This document shows positions 1-15,639 of a DNA stretch of 64,000 bases, in pieces. The position numbers and the translations under genes were made by a program. A model generated the notes under the pieces. The model was not told the DNA's origin and searched no databases. It saw only the letters and a program-made list of their open reading frames with translations. Origin of the DNA: the human T2T-CHM13v2.0 reference genome, Homo sapiens; the NCBI RefSeq assembly GCF_009914755.1, contig NC_060939.1; one strand, written 5' to 3'. Each line of letters begins with the position of its first letter. Position 1 is the stretch's first letter.

Positions 1-225
1 CAAAGACTTAGAACAATAAAGAAAGACATAAAATACCTCATTAGTATGTGTTTGGTATTGACTACATGTTGAAACAATCATATTTTAGATATATTGTGTT
101 AAATGAATTATAGAATTAAAGTTAATTTCACTTATTTGTTTTTACTTTTCCTTTTTAAGTGGCTACTACACAGTTTGAAATTATGTCTGTGGCGCGTGTG
201 CTATTTCTATTAGGCAGCAGAGGTC
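1..225. mobile_element. MER33/MER3-like hAT-Charlie DNA transposon fragment
   Basis: GTGGCTACTA...AAATT...TGTGGC...TATTTCTATT terminal motif. Confidence 0.6.
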
Positions 226-242
226 TAGAATAATACACATCA

Positions 243-545
243 GGCCGGGCGTGGTGGCTCACGCCTGTAATCCCAGCCCAGCATTTTGGGAGGCTGAGGT
301 GGGCGGATCACCTGAGGTCAGGAGTTTGAGACCAGCTTGATCAACATGGTGAAGCCTTGTCTCTACTAAAAATACAAAATTAGCTGGGCGTGGTGGCGGG
401 CACCTGTAATCCCAGCTAGTTGGCAGGAGAATCGCTTGAATCTGGGAGGCGGAGGTTGCGGTGAGCCGAGATCATGCCATTGCACTCCAGCCTGAGCAAC
501 AGAGCAAGACTCTGTCACACACACACAAAAATAATAATAATACAC
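243..545 (+). mobile_element. Alu (AluS)
   Basis: Full dimer with TSD AATAATACAC(A/G)TCA. Confidence 0.95.
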
Positions 546-2034
546 GTCAAACACTAAGCATGGTCCACAGCACGGGAGAGTAGGGATCAGGAGGAGTGTG
601 TAAGCAGGACTTCACTTGGCTCTTCTGTGGGGTTTTCCAACTTTATATATTCATGTAGTATGCTTTTTAATGATTAACAAACAAAAAAGGGCACTGTGGC
701 CATGATTCCCGAGGAGCAAGCTTTCCACCTCACCAAGCCTGAAGAATTTGCCCATTCCTGTGCCCTGTCTCCAGGAGAGCCAGGGCCACCTGCCATGAGC
801 GTTACCCCTACCTTAAGGCATTTCAGGCATTACCCACCCTGGGGGAGCAGACACAGGATGGATAAGTTGTGATGAGGGAGGAGGATACCTGTGCTTGCCA
901 CTTTAATGGCAGGGGCAGACAGGGGGCCAGGGATTGGGGGAGCGGGAGCCAGAAGCCGTGAGGGAGGGGACAAGGTGCACAGCGACAAGGTCTCAGCAGC
1001 GGGGGAGGGGAGTGCTGTGGCCTGATGTTAACTTGTTTTCTTAAAGTCAGCTCTAGCATTGTAAATGCATTTTTCCCCACTTAGCAATTGAAGATACAGT
1101 TTCTGAAAAGCAGTGAGATAGATACTAATATGTGCTTTCTACAAGAGGCTGGGAAAATTGCTCCTGGCGCGATGGGCATCTGAGGTAACAGAAAAATCTC
1201 TTTCCTGGACTCTGCCTGCTCCCAATGGATGCTGTAATTCCTTCACCCATGGCTGAGTCTAACCTCAGAGCTTGCAAAAGAGGAGGATGGCAGATACTGA
1301 CCCATCAGATATGCCTTTGCATATCACTGAGGGCAACATGTCTCTTGCTACTGTCTACTTAATGGAGGTTTTAAGACGTTAAATCCCCTTAATCTCTAGG
1401 TCATGGAAGGCTTGGGGGTATTGTGTCCTCTTATTCTCCTGGCTGAGGGCTTCCATCTTCCCAGGTCCAGCATTTACACACACACACCCAGACACACACA
1501 CATACACTCTCAAATTATAGGACATCTTCCAAACATTGTCAATCAAAGCCAAAGCCAATTTTCTAAAAACATCTACTGCCCCCAGTAGGAGGATTTTAGG
1601 TTGATAGAAAATCTGTTTTGTTTTCACTTAGTTCAGAATGAAGATGACTCGCATCTTAAAATGCCTGAGTGTCATTTCACTTCTTGTGCTTATCAGCTTT
1701 ACAGAGCAAATAAATGAGGTTGCACAGAGCCAAACCAAACACAACTCCAAACTTCTCCCAGAAAATAATCAATAAAACATAAACAGGTACAGCAAACACA
1801 TTCAACATGAGTTGATATTTCCAATTACATTTTCTGGGGGAGGAGGGCTAAAAAATACACTGCAGAGAATAGACAATTTATGCTATAAATATAATTGCAA
1901 ATGCCATGAATTAAAACTGCTGCTGGATAGTTCAAAACAATGGTGTTTTGAGAACCTGACCAAAGGCAGTCTTTCCCAGAATCAGTCCCGTATTCATCAA
2001 GTGCACTCATAGAGAGGCAGGGCTCCGTTCTTAA

Positions 2035-2464
<430 letters not shown>

Positions 2465-2519
2465 CTGCAAATATTTTCATTCCTCCCTACCTCCCCCACT
2501 ACTTTTGCTAATTTTTGCT

Positions 2520-3130
2520 AAGGTTTAAAAAAACATACACATTGTATACATGCACCAAAAAATCACATGTACCCCCACAATATGCACAACTATGATGTAC
2601 TAATAAAAAGTACAAAAGATATATTTTCTGGGAAAAAAAGGAAAATTAATTTGTGATAGAAAATGATTAAAGAAGACAAAAAATGTAGAAATGTACAAAA
2701 GAATAAATAAACACCACCCATAAGGCCTCCATCCTAAAACAACTGATATTTCCTTGTATTTCTAGGCTTTTTCCGTGAATAGATTAGACAGGTGCATGTG
2801 TGTGTAATGAAAAACACAATAATTCTGTACGGTTATTATGCCTTTTTCTCTGTCATTTTAAAAGTGACTGCGTGATGTTTCATCCTATGGACAGACCATG
2901 ATTGATGTGTCCAGCCCTCTGCTTCTGGGCGTTTGGGTTGTTTGCTGTGCTTCCCGGTAGCACACAAAGCTGTGTCAATGTTGGCATCCCTTCAGGATTC
3001 GCTCCTCAGGATGGGTTCCTAGGTGTGGACTTGCAGGGCTTTGCTGCATGTTGTTGAACTGCCTTCCAGAAACCAGTTTGCACTGCTCCCAGCAGTGAGA
3101 GGGAGCAGTAATCTCCCCTCCTGATCCTGT
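2520..3130. mobile_element. Old L1M 3'-end fragments
   Basis: CATTGTATACATG...AATAAAA L1 tail followed by degenerate L1ME-like sequence. Confidence 0.5.
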
Positions 3131-3558
3131 TCCGTGTAACCAATCTCTTCCCCAAGGCTTTCACAGGTGAAATATCAGCTGATAAAGGCTTACAAGTATA
3201 AACCCTGTCTCTCCTAGAACTTCAGCATTTTCTGGGGTTCTAAGGAAGGTGCACCTTTTCCCTGAAGCAAAGTAAGATGCTAAGGAATGACAGGCAAGAG
3301 GTTGAGGCCTGGAGCCGGGGCTCCTGAGCAGATCCCTGGCACCTGGATTTAGAAGCTGGCCCTGAGGGAAGCTCAGAGGGTTTCAGCCTCTTTGAGACCA
3401 GCTGACAGAGTACTTATCCCCTCTGTGAATCAACCTGGTGGGTCCCTTCTGCTGAGACAGCCTCTTGGAACCCAGGCTGAACACAGGTTCACCAGCTGCT
3501 CCATAGGGTCCTGTCCAGCCAGCCTCAAGAGGAGATGAGTAACAGGCCCCAGAAAGCA

Positions 3559-3749
3559 CACCTGAGCTTGCCTGCACCTGCTCTTACTTGCACCTGAGCC
3601 TACCTGCACCTGAGGTTACCAACACCTGAGCTTAACTGCATCTGTGGTTATCTGCACCTGAGTTTGTCCACGCTTGAGTTTACCCACACCTGAGGATACC
3701 TGCACCTGACCTCCCTTCACCTGTGCTTACCCGCATCTGAGCTTACCTG
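3559..3749. repeat. 16-bp minisatellite, 12 degenerate copies, consensus CACCTGAGCTTACCTG
   Basis: Units start at 3559, 3575, 3591, 3607, 3623, 3639, 3655, 3671, 3687, 3703, 3718 and 3734. Confidence 0.9.
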
Positions 3750-3812
3750 CCACAGCAGTGGAATGGAGAGGGCACAGCTCAGGCTCTTTCAGCCTCCTCC
3801 TTGGCCAGGGCA
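3747..3812 (-). other. TRPM1: TRPM1 non-coding alternative first exon (exon 1, melanocyte-type transcript)
   Basis: The minus strand reads GGCCAAGGAGGAGGCTGAAAGAGCC...CTGTGGCAG|GTAAGC, matching the recalled TRPM1 mRNA 5' end. Strong donor at 3746 and TATA-like CTTAAA ~30 bp upstream. The 5' boundary is approximate. Confidence 0.85.
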
Positions 3813-4820
3813 GGGAGCTGGGTGAGGAGGGCCCACCCTTTAAGAGGAGCAGTCCCCATGAGGAGCATGTGAGCACTTGGGCCTGGGCCCTCATGATTGC
3901 TGTGAAGCGATGGCCCCATGACCTGACTCCCAGGCCAGAAAAGGAAGCCAGGGCCCCAAGCTTCCAGGCTGTTCTGTGTGGAATCCCACAAAGGCAGCCT
4001 TAGGATGTGAGAGAGGTAGGGGAGCTAGAGCTTTTCCTTTGAAGTGGCCCCGCCATGGCCCCCTCCCACCCAGCCGCCCTTCCCTGGCTGGAAATGTCAG
4101 CAGGGTTTGCATAATTGAGACAATTGGACATAATGGTTCTTTCAGAATCCCCTCATCAGCTGGGCAGTGTTCGTGCCCCGGGGAGCTGGGAGAAGGCGGC
4201 ACATGGCACTAATTACTGCTAATCCTTCCTCATCTAAGTTGGGCCTGAGGTCAGGGTGAACCCAGCTGCAAATGCAGTGTGAGCCCCACATGACTCTCAG
4301 CCCCTTCTGAGTGCTTCTAATCCCTGCTCTCCCCCCTTCACCAGGAGCTTGCCTGCTTGGCATCCACAGTCACCTGAAAACCACCACGGTGGGAGCTCTG
4401 TTGGATTTGCTGTAACAGTATGCGTGGTTATTCCAGCTTTCCATGAGCTTTCTCAGCCCAGGAGGAAAGAAAAAACCCAAACCCTGAACTATCCCTCTCT
4501 GCAGAGGGGCTGGGTCTTCCCCAGCATCTGAGGCTCTTGGGCATTGTCCGCCTCCCGCTTCTCACAGAGGAGCAGACAGATTGGACGTAAGGGCAATTAG
4601 GGGTGTTCCCATTTTACAGATGAGGACTCTGAGTCATGTGAGAGGGTGGCTTGCCCAGAGAGCAGGTGGGGTGGAGTGGGAGTGCCCAGGTTGTCAAGTT
4701 CTGCCCATATGTAGAGTCCTGAAGCTGGAGGCTGGGCTCACTCCCCCACCCAATGCCTGGCAGACAGCCTGGGGCTCAGGGAATCTCTGAACTTCTGACG
4801 GAAGCACATGTGCCAGGCCA
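3813..4820 (-). promoter_or_regulatory. TRPM1: MITF-responsive TRPM1 promoter
   Basis: TTTAAG 3839-3844 (CTTAAA on minus), CATGTG 3866-3871, CACATG 4200-4205, M-box CACATGACT 4287-4295, M-box AGTCATGTG 4632-4640 and CACATGTG ~4805-4812. TRPM1 is an established MITF target. Confidence 0.85.
4600..4700. mobile_element. MIR fragment
   Basis: CCCATTTTACAGATGAGGA..CTGAG...CTTGCCCA MIR core. Confidence 0.7.
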
Positions 4821-5399
4821 TTTTCTGGGTCTGTCTTTGCTTTCATTCGTTTCTCTCAGGGTCTGTCACCGCAGAGTGGGCGTGCAAAGGGTCTGGTGAG
4901 TGGCTCCCACGTGCTTTGCTGGAGCGCGCACAGCCCCTGGGCGCACAATGACCGCAGCAGCCTCCCTGGCCTGGCTCCCGAGTCTTCTTTCTTGAACTGG
5001 TGTTGGCTCCTGAGGCCTGAGAGAGTCACGGCTTCAGCGGGAACCCTTCCGGGGGCTGAGGGAGGGTGCTACGTGGCCGGAATTCTGAAGGCACAGTCAG
5101 GGCAATCCGGGGCATCTGAAATCAGTCTGGGAGCAGTGGGGAAAGACCACATGGGGAAGTGAGCTGATGGCCGGCACTGCCATGGCTGGGAGGTGTGGAG
5201 GCTCTGTGGTCAGCACCAATGGCCAGCCCGACCGGCTGCCAGTCAGTGGCTCTCCAGGCAGTGGGCCCTTCACTAGACAAATAAGCTCTTTTTCAGGTTC
5301 AGATAAGATGGAAACAATGGGAGCCCCATCCTTCCCCAAGAGAACACCCCTCCTCCCCAGGGTCCATGCAGTGTGGCCTGCAACTGGGAGCTGAGATGT

Positions 5400-6225
<826 letters not shown>

Positions 6226-6670
6226 TCACTCCTCACCCAGCTGCGGGGGTGCAGTCCTTCTCCTCATGGGGGAGCCATGAGGACACATTCCTCAGAGGGA
6301 ATAAGAGGCCGGCTGGCGGTCACAGTTGGTGAGAGTGTGGGGACAGTGACCTGTATGCTCACCTGTGTGGGGCCCTGATGAGGTCATGGGAGATCCCCAG
6401 GCTAGCAGGGGACACCCCAGGTGGAGGCCCAAGGGTCCTGGTTGGACTCTGAGATGAGCCAGCAATATTGTTTCTCATGCTCCTTTGTTCCCTGCACTTC
6501 CTGACCAATAGTTAGTCTCGAAACCTGTTCAGATTCAAGGTGGACTTTTGCAATAAGACTTTTTGGTGGTAGTGTGTCCTTCTGTTAGGAGACATCTCTT
6601 TTGCAATGCCGGCGGACTTTGGTGATGACTGTCTAGGGCCATGATATCCCTAGGACTTGCAAAATGGTGA

Positions 6671-7000
<330 letters not shown>

Positions 7001-7523
7001 CTAATTAGGTCGACTCTTCTTTATTTGTTAGCTGGAATTCATCCATAAATAGAAACTTTCCCTGGGCAGATTTGGTCACTCTGAGGCACAGCTTGCAGAG
7101 GAAAGGCAAGAAAAAGGTTTCCATCTCCAGTGGAATTGGTTGCTTCCTTGGCCTCATTCCAATGTGACTAATGCATTCCTTTTCTTCAGAGTGTCAGTAT
7201 AAATTCATGGATTTGAACATATTTGATGCATTTAAATCCACAGCAGTTATTTTTCTTACTATTGTTCACATGGTCCCAGTTTCACAAAGCCTCCTGAATC
7301 CTTCTGACGCCACCCCAGGAATCTCTGAGAGCCTCTTTGCTATCTGGAATGCAAAGATGTTTGGGATCATCTTGTACATTTCTTGCCGCAGATCTAGGCT
7401 CAGGCACTTCTCCAAGGAGCCCTGGTTCCTTTGAGTGAGAAACAGTATTCAGAAACTAGGATCTGCTTCTGAACTGAATTGTTTCTGAGCCTTTTCAGCA
7501 GGCGGAACTATGAAGCTGTGTGT

Positions 7524-7526
<3 letters not shown>

Positions 7527-7568
<42 letters not shown>

Positions 7569-7578
7569 CGCGCGTGCA
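7527..7578. repeat. (TG)17(CG)7 microsatellite
   Basis: Read directly from the sequence. Confidence 0.95.
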
Positions 7579-8102
7579 TCTGTAAAGAAAATGCATCATG
7601 ATAATTTTCAATTCAAATTTAGAAACAGAGGGATTTTACTTAACTTCCTTGATTTCATGTTTGTGTCTCTTTTTGCTTATGCTAAAAGCCCTATTCCTAA
7701 TGACATTAAAAGCTTTCTCTTTTGCTTTATCCTGAATATAGTTTCAAGTAACACACCCATATTGCTAACAGTACTGGAAGCAGTTTAAAAGACTGTTTTG
7801 TTGTTCTTTTTCACCTTGCATATGTCCTATTAGGTTTTTTCAAGAACTTAAAGTTATTATTCTCTGTGTGGTTATTCTACACACTTGATACACAGCGAGT
7901 TCGGGGAACACAGTATCCGAGGACTGTGGGGAGACGCTGGCAATGTCTGAGAATTATTATGTGTCTAGTGAGCTGTCTGAGCAAATAACAATAGCACTAA
8001 CACTAAAGGCAGATTTCCAGTAAGATTCACTCATTGAATTTTCCATTGGATTTCCATGCATTGTTTTAGGAATTAGTTTTTAAATATAAGTCTGTTTTAT
8101 AA

Positions 8103-8522
<420 letters not shown>

Positions 8523-9099
8523 GCCACAAGTAAACTTAAAAAAAAATTATTGTTTTATCCTTTCACTTTTTAAGTATAAATATATATGTATTGTTTCTCT
8601 CCGCCTCTTTCTCACAAAGATGGTAGAGGACTTTACACACTTTTCTCTGCTTTGCCTTTGGCACTTCTCTTCTCCACTTTTCTTGGAGGTGACATGGCTG
8701 CCTCTCATTTCTTTTGACAGCTGTGTGGCCCGAATCCCTGAGTGGATGCATGAGAGTTGATTTCACCAGACCCGTGTCAATGGGCACTTGAGTGGCTCTT
8801 GGTCTCTACAAATAGCACAGCAACAAAAAGTCTTGCCACATGTCCTTTTGCATTTGTCTGTAATCTTTAGGCTAGATTCCGAGAAGTGAGATTGCTGGGA
8901 TTAAGGGTATAAATATGAAATTTGCTTATATTGCAAAACTTCCCTTCATAGAGATTGTAGCATTTTGCATTTCCAGTGGGATTTTATGAGTCCTTGTTTT
9001 CCCACAGCCTCACCAACAAAATACGTTGTTACACTTTTAGAATTTTGCCAATCTTATTAAGAAACGGTTTCTCAATATAGTTTTGCAATATAGTTGTCT

Positions 9100-10470
<1,371 letters not shown>

Positions 10471-10572
10471 TTATCTTACTATGAGTAAGGTTGGCATCTT
10501 TTCATGTGTAAGGGCCATCTGTATTTCTGTGTCTGTGAACTTTCCACATCTCTTGCTCATTTTTCTAGAGAC

Positions 10573-10932
<360 letters not shown>

Positions 10933-11161
10933 TGACTGTAATGAAGTGGAAAGTATTTTTTTCCAGCTTGTCACTTGTCTTTTGACTTTACCTACTTGCC
11001 CTGGCTTCTTGCTTCCTTGATATCCACAGTCTATTTAATTGAATTTATCATTGAGATCACCTCTCCCATGCTCCAGACACTGCTGGTGCTGTGTGGAGAT
11101 ATGGGAATGACTCAGAAATGACTTTTGAGGATTTGCATGCTAGTAGGGGAGCCAGTGCTCA

Positions 11162-12140
<979 letters not shown>

Positions 12141-12894
12141 TCAAAAAATTATATTGCTCCTGGCATTGGCTGCAGAGGTGGGCTTCCACTTTGCATACTG
12201 TTGAATTCTTTACATATATTTAAAATAAGTTAGCACTACTACTACTAGCTTAGTACTACTGATTCTCAGTTGGCAGAATCTCTGAAATAAAGAAATAAAA
12301 GTGGTAGGTTAAAAAAATCTTCATTTGTAAATTAAATTTATATTTCATTGAACAATGTCTCTATGAATTAAGAAGGCTAGAGAATAATTTAAAATCTTTG
12401 GTGTCGTTGTAAAAGATAATTACAAAAATAAACAAATGGATAACTAGATTAGGCAAAGACATAGAGGTCTATCAATACTTTTGATTACCGTAAACTCTGC
12501 TTCCATTTCTCCACTGACTGACGAAAAAAATAAAGTAGGTTTCCCCACTTGGAGGAAAATAAGGTCGTCGGATATTTGGAACGTGGGTCTTGGAAACTCC
12601 TCTCTTTGTCTGGAAGGCAGAGGGTCTTCCTGGTGAGCCTTAAGATCCAAGTTGGCCAAAATATGCTGGCCGTTCTCCGTAGGCCGCCCAGCCTCGTCAA
12701 CAGGTGAACGTTGGCAGCAGTCTTTTTGCACCACTCTTCTGCACCCTACGGCTCAGGATTCAGGAAGTGAGACCTCCTGAGGCCCCTCTATTGCTCCCCA
12801 TCCTCCATTGGAGGGCACAGGCCTGTGAGGACCGGCCATGGAGTTATCAGTGGGAGGATCGAAATTGGACAGTTACTTCCTGTCTGATTCTAAG

Positions 12895-13025
12895 AACCTT
12901 CTTTTCATTTTTTTCTCCTTTCTGTTTTCTTTCTCTCTCTCTCACTTTTTCTTTTCTTTCTTCTTTCTTTCTCTTTCTCTCTCTCTCTCTCCCCCCCCTT
13001 CCCTCCCTCCCTTCTGCTTTTTCTG
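12895..13025. repeat. Polypyrimidine (CT/TTTC) low-complexity tract
   Basis: Read directly from the sequence. Confidence 0.85.
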
Positions 13026-14289
13026 CTCCTCAGTGGGTTGTGTTGCAGTGCTGGCAGATGATATGTGCTAGAATAACAAACACACGGTTAAAAACCTGCC
13101 AAGCATTTAATGGTTTTTTGTTTCTTTGTTTTAATCTTCAGAATACTCTCTACAATGAAAATAAAACCAGTGACTCTGTAGTGGAGATAATCCATTGTGT
13201 TACAGCTTTGTAGCTGTAAACCTGGTTGGTCCTGGATCCTGCCATGAGTAAAGGTTGCAGCTGGAGCTTCCGGAAATTCCTAGCAGAGAGCATTATCTGA
13301 GCTGGCTTTCCTTCTCATCAAACTCCTAACATCTCATTAATCCGCAACTCCACTAACTGCACGTAAGAAGCCCCAGTGTGTCACTGTGCTGGCATCCCTG
13401 AGAGTCTGAGTGTAACGTTCTGCCCTTTGCTGGGACCTAATGGAGGACTTTCAAATCCCAACACCATGGCTAACACTTCTGAAGTCTTCACTCTGGAGTG
13501 ATGGCAAAATTCCCAAAATGTGGGTCCAATTATATGGAAGTTGATTCGACCTTTTCTTCCTTCAAGATGTCTGTGTTCCTGAGAAGAAATGTGGGCAGGA
13601 ATAATGGCAAGAGATGATTTTGCCTCAATCTGACTTCAAGCTTCTTTTGTTGATAGCAGCAGACTGCATGAAAACAGGATCTTTGGGGACAAAATGATGC
13701 TCCTGAGCCCCATGTAGGCAGCTGTGGCTCCTCACAGTCCACACGGGAAGACGTCTCAGTGTTTAGAAGAGCTCAACGCATGGCACCCCTCTTCAACACC
13801 TGGCGCCCAGGGCGTTATTTCTATCTCCTGTGTCCTCATGCCCTCTTAGAACGGGAGAGCTCGTAACAGTCTTCAAGTTGATCTCCTGTTAGTGTCATGT
13901 CCTTAAGTAATGCTTTATCGCTTCTAAAATCTGAATTTTACCCCATTGGTTACAATAACCCATAAAGCAAAACAAAGCACCCACCCCCCCAAAAAAATTT
14001 GCCTGTACCTAGTAAATCGCAGTGAAACTTTTGTTCTGGGAATAGAGTATTGTTACCCGAAACTTTTGTTTAAATAAGCACAAAGACTTCGCATTTTTAT
14101 CTTTTGAAAAAATCTTTGGAAAAGTCTGAAACACAGGCCAAGGCAAGGCTGCTAACAGAAAGGTAGAGAGTGTGAGCATACAGAGCTTGGGTAGGACAAG
14201 TGCTGGAAAGTGTGGCAATAGAAGAAGGGATGTGGCATTCTACTTTTTAAAGCTCATTCCTTCTTCCCGAGTTGATTCAGAAATTGAGT

Positions 14290-14576
<287 letters not shown>

Positions 14577-14799
14577 CTAACAATTAGTCCCAAATGCTCC
14601 CCAGTCCTGGGAAACTTTGCTTAGCAGAGGTTTCTCCATCTCATGGTGCCCAGCTCCTTCCTCCCAAGGGGCCAATTAAACTTTTTTTTTAATTGGCTGA
14701 GATGAAAAGGCGTGGTGTCCACTTTGAGGGGTTCCTGATTCAGAGATAGCTCTTAGAGTACTGCGTCTGCCCAAAGGTGATATTCTCTAAACTCGGCCT

Positions 14800-15060
14800 C
14801 TTAGAGCTCAGGCATTCTCAACAAAAAAGATTCCACGTGAACTAAATTTGGGCAACTCTGCTTCCTGTATTTTCCTCTTGGAGATTCACAATGCATATTA
14901 GGATATTAAAATTCTGAGAAGTCCTGCCACAAAGAACCCCCTTTTCTTTCTTGTAACCCAGCATTCCTCAAACTCATTTGCCCATAGGATCTTTTTTCTT
15001 CTGAAATACCTCTTAATATTTCACATAACGAAAGTATCACAACAGAGGACTTGGGAAAAA
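14800..15060. mobile_element. MER103C-like hAT DNA transposon
   Basis: GGAGATTCACAATGCATATTAG...GAGAAGTCCTGC...CAAACTCATTTG motif. Confidence 0.6.
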
Positions 15061-15639
15061 CTCGATTAACACAAGCTTAACCATCTGAGGTGCCGGTAAG
15101 TGTTCCGTGTTGGAGCAATCTGCTTCCTGAAGTCCCATTCAGAAGGCTGGAGCAGGTTCCTGACAGTAGGACCCCTGTCCAGGGCTGCTGTCTTGGCTTT
15201 AGGTAGCTAAGATCACCTCTCACTGTGTCTTCTGCCTGAATCACCCCCTTCAAAACTCACCACGGCCCACCTTCTCCAGCTGGTGAATGGTAACTCACAG
15301 GAGTGAATCTCCCAGCCAAATCAACAAGAAAGGGAGGGCTCCACAGGACAGGACCCCTGATTCTGCCTGCTCCTCCCTAACTCTCCAGGAAGAGTGCTGC
15401 CTCTGAGCCCCTGACTGGGAAAGACTTGGAAAGAGCCAGGGCCACCATGGACTGTCACAACCAACGGGGTTCTCCAAAGGGTCACCTATGCATACAGAAT
15501 TCAATACCCAGCTCTGACAGTTTTTTTTTTTTCAAAATCTCTAAGGTATAGAGATAAAAATGGGTCAAACAATATCTTAAAGACAGTGACTGAGAATTTT
15601 CCAAACTGTCAAAAAACATTTTTCTTTGTACTCCTAAAA

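Noticed and set aside
922-946. G-quadruplex-like GGGGG-GGG-GGGGG-GGG motif
   Set aside because: The motif is common and has no supporting context here.
3559-3749. CRISPR-like appearance of the 16-bp array
   Set aside because: It has no unique spacers; it is a head-to-tail minisatellite in human DNA.
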